Positions 12,256 through 24,406 are shown, numbered from the stretch's first letter. The stretch is 64,000 bases of DNA from Octopus sinensis (GCF_006345805.1 NC_043013.1:32488001-32552000), one strand, 5' to 3'. The notes: generated by a model from the letters alone, not told the origin. A program made the numbers and translations.

Positions 12256-13309
12256 TCAAGATTCATACAAACAGATACATTGCTGTAAGGCCTGGATCAA
12301 TTTTTCTGGGTTATATGGAAACATTCCAGATCTGTTTAACCTTTCTAGAGAAAATTGTAATCGAATAAGACACCCTAGCGTTTGATCAAGGGCATTTGAT
12401 ACAAAACATGAGAATTTAGAACAAGCATCATTTTGTTTCTGATAAGGTTTCGGTGAATTGCTATCATCAGTATGTGACACTGTATCTGGATCTATTCGAT
12501 CCTCTGTTCTGTTGATATTTTCAATTCCTTTGCCATTACTAGACTTTTGTACATTGGTATGAGTGTCAGTAAATGGTTTTAATACAGCAGTGGAAGGATA
12601 GTGTTCCTTTATTATACTGCACTGACTTTCATCAAAAACTTCTGGTAGTGAAAAGTCATCAATATTTTGAATAGATGAGTCAGCACAGGAATCAGAAATG
12701 TTATCACAAACTGGAAGTGAGCTATCAATTGTAGTATGGCCATTAGAGCTATTGTTCTCTGAAACTGATTCTTCTTCACTGTCTGAATACATCTGTATCC
12801 ATGACAACCCAATACTTGGTTTGTATTCCTTCATTTTCTCAGTTTCCCTTTCATTTGATTGTTTGCAAGTTAATAATGATCCTTCATTAAAATCACTTTG
12901 GCTTTCATGAACATCTGATGCACTGCTGTGCAAAGAGATTTGAGGTTTCTCTCTGCTTATTTTCATCTCATATGAAGCGCTGTCCATTGAATCAGAACAC
13001 ACATACACATTTTGCTGTGGCCCATCTTTTGAACTTTGAGCTTGGCTATTGTCTGCGGGATTTAGATAATTGTTTCTGTTGCATTCAGCAACATAACTAT
13101 ATTCCTTATGCAACTGCACAAACAAGCACCATTCTTGTGAGACTAACTTTAGATATTTAAGAAAATATAAGAGGAAGCAAGTCTCTGGAGAGGTGAGAAG
13201 ATCCAACAACACACTATGGTCAAAGGCCATTGACTTCAGCAGCTGAATAAATAGTTTATGCGGGTTGAGAAGGTCTGTCAGCTTATATGATTGTGATTGT
13301 TCTTCATAC
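12256..13309 (-). CDS. LINS1: Protein Lines homolog, last coding exon (Lines C-terminal motifs)
   Basis: Acceptor ttgtag|G completes TGG. Contains NPHKLF..FDHSVLLDLLTSPETCFLLYFLKYLK and CLIRLQFSLERL...FPYNP, characteristic of Lines proteins. Stop TGA at 12258-12256. Total CDS is 2745 nt = 914 aa plus stop. Confidence 0.92.
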
Positions 13310-14289
13310 CTACAACAGTAAAGAGAAAACATATACATATATATATTAAACACCAAATATTTTAATGTGTTTTGGAAGGGTTTTTTTGTCTTTGATTTTT
13401 GTAATTTATTTTTGTATAACTATCCTCATATATTTTCATGATTTCCAGAAAAAAAATTTTTATCTGCCTCTTTGCTTTTTATTTTATTTGAATTGTATTC
13501 CATCTCTCCAAACAGTAGCAATATTCTATGTGTTAGGTTATATTTTACAGTGTTAAATTATACTTTATTATATTTTACTATATTTTATGTTATTCCACAT
13601 TTTCTGTTAGTCAAGAATATTCTTTAAAAAAAAAAAACATTAACTTTTTCATTATCTAGACATAAATCATTATTTTCATTTTGTTTTTATGACTTGGGTT
13701 ATTTTTCTCTTTTAATTAACACAGAATAATAGCATATAAGCTTTTATAAGCAAATGTGTTTCTGCTTGAGCTGGTGCTTTTTTTAGATTTTAATTAGTAC
13801 CCTTCAGCTACATTGATCATTTGGGGAGAGACAAATAAATAAATCCGCACAAATTGTTAAATAACAATGAAAATAATTGGTTCAAGCATCTCTGCAAGCT
13901 CTCAAAATAAAGGACAAGGTGAGTTTAATTTCACAGCGAAATTAATTACATCATTTTCCTTTTTATTATTATTTGTTTCAGTCATTGGATTGCATCCATG
14001 CTGGAGCACTGCCTTAATGCGTTTAGTTGAACAAATCAACCCCAATACTTACTTTTGTTTCAAAATTCTATCTGTCTTTTTTTGTTAAGTTACAGAAATG
14101 TAAACAAACCAACACAAGTTGGCTATGTGGTAAGTAGCTTGCTTGCCAACCATATGGTTCTGGGTTCAGACCCACTGCATGGCACCTTGGGCAAGTGTCT
14201 TCTACTATAGTCTTGGACCAACCAAAGCCTTGTGAGTGGATTTGGTAGATGGAAACTGAAAGAAGCCTGTCGTATATGTGTATATATCA

Positions 14290-14520
14290 TCATCATCATC
14301 ATCATTTAGCATCCGCTTTCCATGCTAGCATGGGTTGGACGGTTCAACTGGGTCTGGGAAGCCAGAAGGCTGCACCAGGCCCAGTTTGATCTGACAATGT
14401 TTCTACGGGTGGATGCCCTTCCTAACGCCAACCACTCCATGAGTGTAGTGGGTGCTTTTTACGTGCCACCGGCACAGGTACCAGACGAGTCTGGCAAACA
14501 GCCACGATCGGATGGTGCTT
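14290..14520 (-). mobile_element. RTE-tail SINE-like repeat with a (TGA)n tail
   Basis: acactctcggagtggttggcgttaggaagggcatcc...gatgatg family. Other copies near 25195, 34530-35070, 39100, 52140-52545, 58100, 61000 and 62320. Confidence 0.7.
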
Positions 14521-14525
14521 TTTAT

Positions 14526-14585
<60 letters not shown>

Positions 14586-14589
14586 ATTG

Positions 14590-14885
14590 GAGGCACAATG
14601 CCCAGTGGTTAGGGCAGCAGACTCGCAGTTGTAGGATCACGGCTTCGATTCCCAGACTGGGCGTTGTGAGTGTTTATTGAGCGAAAACACCTAAAGCTCC
14701 ACGAGGCTCCGGATGGAGGTGGTGGCGATCCTGCTTTCGCCACAACCTTTTCTCTCTCTTTCTTCTGTTGGCCTGCTCACTTAGCCAGCAGGGTGGCATC
14801 ATTTGAAGGCTAAAACAATGTGAAGTGCTTTGTGACCAGTGATGTGTAGCAACATCTGATAGCCTGGTCGGTCACGGGGATCACC
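14590..14885 (+). mobile_element. tRNA-type SINE family C
   Basis: ggaggcacaatgcccagtggttagggcagc...ggcttcgattccc head. Relatives at 23158, 46688 and 51773. Confidence 0.7.
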
Positions 14886-15152
14886 ATGATATATATATAT
14901 ACATATGCATATGCTTGTCACCCCTCCATCACTTAACAACCGATGTTGGTGTGTTTGCATCCCCATAACTTAGCAGTTTGGCAAAAGAAACAAATAGAAT
15001 AAGTACTAAGCTTACAAAGAGTAAGTCCTGGGCAGGTTTGTTGCTAACACAACCTTTCAGCTGATATACCTTCCAGCTTTCATTAGGTGTTTTAGGGAAA
15101 TTTCAAACCTGGGCTCTCGTTCCTCAGGTATTTTTTTATGTTGTTGTTGTTA

Positions 15153-15196
<44 letters not shown>

Positions 15197-16169
15197 AGTA
15201 TTAGTATTATTCAGGTCACTGCCTGGAATCAAACTCTGAATCTTGGGGTTAGTAGCCCATGCTCTTAACCACTACGCCATTTGCCCATGGACATAATAAT
15301 AATAATAATAATAATGATAATAATAATAATAATGATATTAATAACAACATCAAAAAATACTTTAAGAATGAGAACCTAGGTTCAAAATTTCCCCAAGACG
15401 TTGGAGGGTATATCAGCCGAAACGTTGTGTTAACAACAAATAAGATGAGGACAATTATCTGTCAAATGTAAATAATTTACATCATTCCACATCTCTTAAA
15501 TACAAGTCAGTGCCATGAAGTGGTACCCATGCTTGTGCCATGTAATAGCATCTGTGTTGGTGTCACATAAAGAACACCCAGCACACTCTCTAAAGTGGTT
15601 GGCATTAGGACAGTCATTCAGCCATAGAAACCAAGTCAAATCAGACTGGAAACTGGTGCAGCTCTCCTGCTTGCCAGTTCTGGTTAAACATTCAAACCCA
15701 TGCCAGCATGGAAAACAGGCATTAAATGATGAGAAGGAGGATTATGATAGATTGATATATATATAGGTGATATATATATAGGTGTGGTAAGTAGCTTGCT
15801 TATCAACCACATGGTTCCAGGTTCATTCCCACTGCTTGGCACCTTGGGCAAGTGTCTTCTACTATAGCCTCGGACCGACCAAAGCCTTGTGAGCGGATTT
15901 GGTAGGCAGAAACTGAAAGATGCCCGTCATATATGCATATATATATATGTATGTGTGTGTATATGTTTGTGTGTCTGTGTTTGTCCCCCCCCCCCCAACA
16001 TCGCTTTACAACCGATGGTGGTGTGATTACATCCCCATAACTTAGCAATTTGGCAACAGGAACCGATACAATAAGTACTAGGCTTCCAAAGAATAGGTCC
16101 TAGGGTCGATTTGATCGCTTAAAGGCAGTACTCCAGCATGGCGCAGTCAAATATATATATGTATATATA

Positions 16170-16736
16170 CAGACATGCAGGAAGTAAATAGACACATTAA
16201 ATTTTCAAAATTTCTGAACAAAGCATTTTAATATGTTTTCAGCGGTGTAGAATTTACAATGCTTCTTTTTCATTCCAGGTGCCATTATATCAAACATTTG
16301 AGAAGAGTAGCCATGCGACTCACAAAAAATTCAGCAGATCTGTCAGATTTTCAAAGAGGTTGTATTGTTGGGCAAGCTGAGGCTGGTCTTAGCCAGAGAA
16401 AAATTGCCGAAAATCTTCAAATTCCTCTTGCTACAGTTAATAGAATTATAGTGCAATTCAAAAGCCAAGGAAAAGAATCAACAGATTCTCATACCAGCTG
16501 GCCTGGGCCCATGGAAAGGAAGCTTCACTGTTTTAAGAGAGTTGTGGAAAACGAACCCCATTTAAAGGCTTCTGACATTGCAAAACAGCTGGAAGTTAGT
16601 CCAAGGACATGTGTTACATATCTGCATAAGCTTGGGTATTATGGATGAGCAGCTAGAAGAAACCTCTCCTTCAACCAATTAATATAAAAAAAAGATTTTG
16701 AAAATTAAAGGTGTCTATTTACTTCCTGCATGTCTG
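16170..16736 (+). mobile_element. Internally deleted Tc1 transposon with intact TIRs
   Basis: TIRs of about 45 bp (cagacatgcaggaagtaaatagacac..) after TA. The ORF has the Tc1 paired HTH: DLSDFQRGCIVG..LSQRKIAENL..TVNRII. Confidence 0.9.
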
Positions 16737-16741
16737 TGTGT

Positions 16742-16792
<51 letters not shown>

Positions 16793-16795
16793 CAA

Positions 16796-16844
<49 letters not shown>

Positions 16845-17678
16845 CATATATATATATACATACATATATATATATTATATATATATATATACATACAAAC
16901 ATACATACATACATACATATATATAACATACATACATACATACACGCATACATACATACATATATATATGCATGCATGCATGCATGCATACATGCATACA
17001 TACATACATACATACATATATATATATATATGCATATACGTATATACACCTATACACACTGACAATCTGCCATCCTGTGGTTACGAAACGTTAACGATAT
17101 ACATATTGATATATACATACATACATACATAGATTGAGGCACACATACATACATGTTAACGTGTGAATGTGCACATGTGCGTGCGCTTATGTGTGTGTGT
17201 GTGTTCGTGTGTGGTGTGTATGTGTTTGAGTGTGTAATGATGTTTAGATGCAAATCTAAAAGTTTATTTAGACAGAATTTAATTATAATATATAGTCTGA
17301 TATCTTCAGGCATAATATTTTTTCTGCTATATTTTTTTTTTTCTCTGTCCATGTATTTTCTCTATATTTTAACTAAAAACGTAAGCAAATTTCATCATTG
17401 AATTTTTGTTTCAGCTTTCTATTATTTAATTTGATAAGCGTATTTGTGTGGTTGCTCATATGTAAATATGTGAAAAAAAAAAAATTTTTCTCTGAATTTC
17501 CCTCCATTCTTTTAATTATTCCACATTTGTGATTGAACAGAATGGAAAATAGCTGACAGCATTCAGATCTACAATGAAACGATCTTCATATACAAAAAAC
17601 AAACATATTTGGAAAGAAAAAAATTAACTATATATGCACACATATATATATACATACATACATATATATATATATACA

Positions 17679-17724
<46 letters not shown>

Positions 17725-17751
17725 CATACATATATATATATACATAGATAA

Positions 17752-17794
<43 letters not shown>

Positions 17795-17947
17795 TAGATA
17801 TAGTTATAAATTTGCACTCAAACACACACACATGCGTATATGTATCAATTTGAATTAGGAAATATATTTAGATGTGTGTATTTATGTGTGTGTATGTGCT
17901 TCGTATCGTATATATATTTGTGTATGTGTGTATGTATGTGTGTGTGT

Positions 17948-18012
<65 letters not shown>

Positions 18013-18014
<2 letters not shown>

Positions 18015-18235
18015 GATGCTGAAAAGTTCCTGGCTTTGGGTAAAAGAAAATACAAAAGGATCAGTTAATTATGATTTTGTTCAACATATTCCCCTCTCAG
18101 ATTCACACACTTTTTGCAGAGGCCCTTCAGTTTTTCAAAGCCTTGTAAAAAAAAAAAACTCAGAATGTTGGGCCTCCGACCCGGCCTTTTGCGATACTCT
18201 TTAAAAACCAGGAACTTCTGACCACCCCCTTGTGT
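18013..18235. mobile_element. Mariner-derived MITE
   Basis: Inverted gaaaagttcctgg / ccaggaacttctgaccacccc ends. The interior resembles the mariner 3' end seen at 35600. Confidence 0.6.
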
Positions 18236-18299
18236 ATGTATACATATGTGAGTGAGTGAGTGAGTGAGTGAGTTTGAGAAAGATTAAAGGGTCACACAG

Positions 18300-18900
18300 A
18301 TCCAAAGACATACCTACATGGACAATATAGTACAGTTAAGAGAAGAATATAGACATGAGACTCTAACAAAAGTCTTCTCTAGATCAACAAACGCTAAGTG
18401 CAGGAACTTACATTGAGCTAAGTATTTCCCAAGTAGTTATTCTCACTAGGGAGAGTGTGTCAGTGGTACCTTTTCCTGACACAAAGCCAAACTGCTTCTC
18501 CTCTAAGTTAATTCTTTTCATAATCATTTACATTATAACTCTTTCAGTAATTTCATATCCTGGTCTATAAACTAGATACCTCTGTAACTTCCTCTATCCA
18601 GTGCATCTTTTTTGCCCTTTTTAATGCCAATATTGCATATGACACTTTCTGTACTACCTGATTGACTATGCTGGCAACAAGTGAGTGCCCTTCTCTATCA
18701 TACATTTTAATGATCTCAGCAACTATCCCTGGTGAACTAGCAGCCTTCCCTGTCTCCACATCCTTAATCACTTATCAACTTGTGCTGCTTTCAACATCCA
18801 TAGCTTGTCCCTCTATTAGGTCTGCTTGGGATAGGACATCACTCTCTCTCCCTCATACAATCTCTACATTTAACAGCTTCTAATCATAACACTTCCATAC
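18300..18900 (-). mobile_element. Decayed RTE-like LINE reverse transcriptase fragment
   Basis: IKDVETGKAASSPGIVAEIIK.. and a frameshifted KGDALD..RG.KL motif. Confidence 0.55.
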
Positions 18901-19016
18901 CTCTTTCTTTTCAGCTATGGTAACAAAAAGTGCACTGATCTAGACAATTTTGTAGTCTCGTTGACAACAACAACAAAAACAACAGAGTCAAAAGAATTTT
19001 CTCTGGTGATACATAC

Positions 19017-19257
19017 CATGTTTTGCTCAATATATAGAGGTCAGTGATAGCAAGGAGGATTTCAATCCAAGCATCATCTTGATCACCAAATATTTCTGGC
19101 AGCCAGTCTAAGTTACAATTAGTGTTAGAAGAACTGGAGATGGACTGGTTAGAATGGTTCAAACTCAGTTTGCTTCTACAGCTGAGAATTTGCTCAACTT
19201 CTGAGCATGTGTACTGCATCTCAAAAGAAATCTTGTTCAGAAGATCCAGTTTTGCTC
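19017..19257 (-). CDS. LINS1: Protein Lines homolog, coding exon 3 (..DWLPEIFGDQDDAWIEILL..)
   Basis: Acceptor ttttctag|GA completes GGA. WLPEIFGDQDD matches the Lines WLxxxFxxQDD motif. Donor ACATG|GTATGT is phase 2. Confidence 0.9.
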
Positions 19258-19712
19258 CTAGAAAATGTAAGAAAGTTTAAATAGTTTTATACATACAAAT
19301 ACATGCTGACCACATTATCATTTACAATACAGAGCAAGGAAATAAAGGCGCCTCTATGTGGTCACTTGAATTGCTTGAAATAGTAGTAAAATCTACCTAA
19401 AATCAAACTTTACCATCTTAAGTAAAGGTTATATAATACAATGTAGTTTCAGATATACATTGAGATGGGACATTTTCACCAATGGAATGTCTTTGTAAAC
19501 AAGACAACACACACACACCCACTCATACACACACACACAGATATATATGTGTGTGTGTGTATATATATATATAAATATGTATATGTGTGTGTGTGTGTAT
19601 GCATGTATATATATATATATATGGCCGAAATCAGATCGCCATGTTGATTCGTTAGTTACTGCACGCATTTTTTTTTCTCTCCTTCTTTCTGTGTTTTTTT
19701 TCTCTCTGTGTA

Positions 19713-19750
19713 TCTTTCTGTTGAAGAGCGTAGGCTCGAAACGTTAAAGA
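19713..19750 (+). ncRNA. Minimal Penelope-type hammerhead-like motif (CUGUUGA core variant)
   Basis: UCUUU-CUGUUGA-A-GAGC(GUAG)GCUC-GAAA-CGUU-AAAGA: 5-bp stem I, 4-bp stem II, palindromic ACGU stem III. A6 is replaced by U. Confidence 0.55.
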
Positions 19751-19848
19751 CTTGTTTTATTTATATTTCCTGAGCGCCATACTAATACAATTGTTTGTTT
19801 GTTTCCCACCTGCCTTCGTCTTTTGTCTATTTTCATAAAGCTTCCCGT

Positions 19849-19879
<31 letters not shown>

Positions 19880-20059
19880 GTGTGTTTGCATATAGACAGA
19901 TAAAGCTAGATGTGTATGTACATATATGTGTGTGTGTGTATACAAAATATATATGTACATATATATATAGGGGGAGAATTCACAAAAAAATAAAAGACAA
20001 AGACAGTTGGTGTAGACAACAAACAGATGTATTAGTATAATGCTCGGAAAGTGAAAAAG

Positions 20060-20096
20060 TCTTTAATGTTTCGAGCCTATGCTCTTCCACAGAAAG
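20060..20096 (-). ncRNA. Minimal hammerhead-like motif, inverted partner of 19713-19750
   Basis: CUUU-CUGUGGA-A-GAGC(AUAG)GCUC-GAAA-CAUU-AAAG. The stem III palindrome is broken (ACAU). Confidence 0.45.
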
Positions 20097-20199
20097 GAAC
20101 ACAGAAAGAAACAAGGAGAGAAATTAAAGAGAGAAATTAAAGAGAGAAAATAAAGGAGTGAAAATAAATATATAATGTACACACACACATATACACATA

Positions 20200-20740
20200 T
20201 ACATCAACATCATCTTAACATCTCTTTTTCCATGCTTACATAGACTGAACAAGTCATCTTCAGTGCACACCATGTTATCACTCATCACAGTCATATGTCA
20301 TTTTTTCGTCTGACATCTAGCTTACCTGAGACCATCTTTACCACTTGTCTTTTCTTCCTTAATTAACTTTCATTTACTTCTCTTGGCAATTCTCCAACTA
20401 ACTGCCATCATCCTTCATATGCTTATGAATGTAGTCTCTTCTCATGCATCCGATAACTAATTGCTCTTACACCCAGCTTTTCATTCAGCTCACTTATATT
20501 CTATCCAATCAAGGCATAATAACTATTCACACCTGGTGGAATGTACTCATCTAATTTCTTTCTAACCTTCACAAATCTCCTGCACTGAATGCCCATGTTT
20601 TGTTATGATGTAACATTACACCTTTGAACATTCTTCCCCATCGTTAACTCATTCAGTTGAGTACCAGAAGTTATCAACTTCTTATAGAGAGCTTTTCAGG
20701 AATTAAAAGAAGTTATGTCAAAGGTGCTCTTATTCTCATT
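20200..20740 (-). mobile_element. Decayed RTE-like LINE 3' fragment
   Basis: Degenerate RTE C-terminal segment (..ELNEKLGVRAIS..RL..) with many stops. Confidence 0.45.
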
Positions 20741-20782
20741 ATAAAGTCCTTGAGCCCTTTTTAATTTTTATATTAATAATAT

Positions 20783-21265
20783 AGGCGCAGGAGTGGCTGT
20801 GTGGTAAGTAGCTTGCTAACCAACCACATGGTTCCGGGTTCAGCCCCACTGCGTGGCATCTTGGGCAAGTGTCTTCTACTATAGCCCCAGACCGACCAAT
20901 GCCTTGTGAGTGGATTTGGTAGACGGTTCAATTCGATTTCGATTTCGCTTGCCCCAACATGTCTTCACAAGCAAAGGGGGTTGGCATGGGTGCCTGTCGT
21001 ATATATGTATATATATATATATATATGTGTGTGTGTATGTGTGCATGTGTTTGTGTGTCTGTGTTTGTCCCCCTAGCATTGCTTGACAACCGATGCTGGT
21101 GTGTTTACGTTCCCGTCACTTAGCGGTTCGGCAAAAGAGACCGATAGAATAAGTACTGAGCTTACAAAGAATAAGTCCCGGGATCGAGTTGCTCGACTAA
21201 AGGCGGTGCTCCAGCATGGCCGCAGTCAAATGACTGAAACAAGTAAAAGAGTAAAAAGAGAGAGT
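20783..21265 (+). mobile_element. SINE family A (with a small internal insertion)
   Basis: ggcgcaggagtggctgtgtgg head and acaagtaaaagagt tail. Confidence 0.85.
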
Positions 21266-21889
21266 AATAATAACAAGAGCACTCAGGGAGCGCAAACCTC
21301 TGCCAAGGCAACACCAACATCATCTCAATGATTAGCCAGAGATGATTTTTAGAATGAGAATATCTGAAATAAACTCGACTGTTCTCACAAACAAGAATAC
21401 TAAAAATGAACCTGACTGTTCTCAAAAATGAAGTAAAAGAAACGGAAAAATAACGCAAAATCCTTGTCCAGTACTTGATTGATCCCAATATCTTATCAGT
21501 TTGTGCCAGTTACAGGACCAAAACATCTCTGAAAGTTTCATCTGAATCCTTCCAACGGTTCTGAGATATTTTGTCCATGGACAAACAAAGAAAGAAACAA
21601 ACAAACACGACTGAAAACAATACTTCTGCCTTCACTAAGGCGGAGGTAGTAATAATAATAATAACCCTTTCTACTATTAACACAAGGCCTGAAATTTGTT
21701 GGGCGGGGACTAGTCAATGACATCAACCCCAGTGTTCCCCTGGTACTTAATTTATTCCCCCCCCACACACACACACACAAAGGATGAAGGGCAAAGTCGA
21801 CCACACTGGAATTTGAACCCAGAATGCAAAGACCGACGAAATACCATTAAGCTTTTCGCCTGGTATGTTAACGAATCTGCCAGCTCATC

Positions 21890-21936
<47 letters not shown>

Positions 21937-21965
21937 TTAATAATAATATTAATAACAATAATAAT

Positions 21966-22005
<40 letters not shown>

Positions 22006-22424
22006 TTAATAATAATGATAATAATAATAATGATAATAATAATAATTTCAAATTTTAGAACAAGGCCAGCAATTTTGGGGAGGGAGTAAGTAATTTGCAG
22101 CAACCCCCTAGTGTTCAACTGGTACTTATTTTATCAACCGTGAGAGGATGAAAGGCAAAATCAACCTCCGCAGAATTTAAACTCAGACCATAAACATGGG
22201 TGAAATGCGTTAAAGTATTTTGCCCAGCGTCTTAATGATTCTGCCAGCTTAATAATAATAATAATAATGATAAATGTTTTGATTGATGATGACAAAATGA
22301 GATGTATCAGTTTCTAAATGTTTTTTTTTTGTTGTTTTTTTTTTTTTGTTTTGACAGACTATTTCTTAGAAAAAGTCATTTAGAATCTGATACATCATAT
22401 TTTATCATGATCACTGAAACTATT

Positions 22425-22760
22425 TACTATCATTATGTGATGAAAACTCTCAGTTTATGTTGCTGGATATGGTGGTAAGAGTCAGCTGTCCGGAGCCAAC
22501 AGACTAAGGTGAACTCTTGCAGTTCCAAGCAATGATTTATCTTTACATTTGTACCAATTGTTTTGAGCCATGCTGGTAGTTGGGTGCTGATACTTCCAAG
22601 CACACCAATTACTACTGGTATTACATCCACTCTCTACATTGCCCACAACTTGAGTATTTACCACTTCCAATCATCCTATGGCATATTGCTAAGAATAAGA
22701 GAGCTCGATATTTTGTGCATAGGGAAAGATTTAATCTGGATCTTTTAAAGATCAATAGAT
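22425..22760 (-). mobile_element. 3' end of an R4/Dong-type REL LINE
   Basis: DVIPVVIGVLGSI..LPAWLKTIG and LLGTAR motifs. Confidence 0.65.
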
Positions 22761-22846
22761 CGCCACCATATATAAATATATATATAGATGCATATATTGA
22801 AAAAATATTATAATAAGCAGAAAACAGTTGTGATATTCAAATCTTT

Positions 22847-22941
22847 ACAGGACAGACACATGTTTCATCGAAATACTGAAATAATTACATAACAAATAGA
22901 GATATTATGCAATCATGTATTTCACCTCATCAGTGTCCTGT
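22847..22941 (-). ncRNA. Type I hammerhead ribozyme motif, copy 1 of a 159-bp tandem repeat
   Basis: Minus strand: ACAGGACA-CUGAUGA-extended stem II (GAAAUAC/GUAUUUC plus a 12-bp inner helix)-GAAA-CAUGU-GUC-UGUCCUGU. Stem I is a perfect 8 bp. Predicted cleavage between 22855 and 22854. The base of stem II is G.U rather than G-C. Confidence 0.72.
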
Positions 22942-23005
22942 CATATATGCATATATTGAAAAAATATTAAAATAAGGAGAAAAAAGTTGTGATATTCAAA
23001 TCTTT

Positions 23006-23100
23006 ACAGGACAGACACATGTTTCATCGAAATGCTGAAATAATTACATAACAAAGAGAGATATTATGCAATCATGTATTTCACCTCATCAGTGTCCTGT
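23006..23100 (-). ncRNA. Type I hammerhead ribozyme motif, copy 2 of a 159-bp tandem repeat
   Basis: Same architecture as copy 1, offset by exactly 159 bp, with one extra A.C mismatch in stem II. Predicted cleavage between 23014 and 23013. Confidence 0.68.
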
Positions 23101-23469
23101 CATAAATATATGTGGGTGTATGTGCATGTATATACATGTGTGTGTGTGCAAATGTGAAGGCACATGGCCTAGTGGTTAGGTTGTTGCAATCACAATCGCT
23201 AGATCATTGATTCAATCCACAGACTGAGTGGCACGTTGTGCTCTTGAGCAAAACACTTCATTTCATGTTGCTGCAGTCTCCCTTTCTATTTCCATCAGGG
23301 GGGGCAATGTTGGCCTGCTCACCTAGCCAGCAAGATGGTGTCATTCAAAGGCTAAACCAATACAAAAGTGCATTGTGACCAGCGATGTGTAACAATAACC
23401 AATAACCTGGTCAGTCACATGAACACATGATATACATGTGCAAATAGACAGACAAACAGACATACATAG

Positions 23470-23504
<35 letters not shown>

Positions 23505-23831
23505 TGCATACACAATACACAGTGACACACACACACATATATACAAACATGTAAAAACTCGGCTGTGTCTCATTAATTTCTCTCCTTTCAACTTTTCTCT
23601 ACGTTGGGTTCGCCACTCCCTACGGCAAGGCCACCGTACTTTTGTTGTTCACTCTACTAAATAATACAAGCGTTGAGACTGAGACCAACACCAGTTGCTT
23701 GGGAACTTCTGTGTGTTTGTGAGCACGTGGAAGAGGGGGGAAAAAAATCTAACGCTTCAATCAGAGACACTTTCAAGCGAGGAGGCGCGATGAAAAGGCT
23801 TCCGACTAATGTTAAATAAACAGATTGTGCA

Positions 23832-23872
<41 letters not shown>

Positions 23873-23934
23873 ATAGAAAAATATGTTAAAATATGCAGCA
23901 TTGCAATCTACAGCAGATGCGATGCGAATTTTCA

Positions 23935-24278
23935 TGGAAGGAAGGAAAGAAGGAAGGAAAGAAGGAAAGAAAGAAGGAGAGGTGAGAAGGAGGGGGAGAG
24001 ATGAAGGAAGGAAGAAAGAAAGAAGGAAAGAAGGAAGGGAGGGAGGGAGGGAGGGAGGGGGAGGAAGGAAAGAAAGAAAGAAATAAGGAAGGAAGAGGTG
24101 AGAAGGAGGGGGGAGAGATGAAGGAAGAAAGGAAGAAAGAAGGAAGGAAGGAAGGAAGGAGAAGGAAGGAAGGAAGGAAGGAAAGAAGAAAGGAAAGAAA
24201 GAAAGACAGAAGGAAGGAAGGAAAGACAGAAGGAAGGAAGGAAGGACAGAAAAAAGAAAAAGGAAAGAACAAAGGACA

Positions 24279-24322
<44 letters not shown>

Positions 24323-24370
24323 GAAGGAAGGAAGCAAGGAAGCAAGGAAGCAAGGAAGTGGGAAGAAATA

Positions 24371-24406
<36 letters not shown>

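Larger units (their letters stand above)
22788..23104. repeat. Head-to-tail tandem duplication, 2 x 159 bp
   Basis: atgcatatattgaaaaaatatt starts at 22788 and again at 22947. The units differ at only a few positions. Confidence 0.95.

Noticed and set aside
23690-23800. Minus-strand gcctcctcgc (HDV L3-like) and ggcgaa (J4/2-like) motifs
   Set aside because: P3 cannot close (followed by ttg), and the order and spacing do not fit the HDV double pseudoknot.
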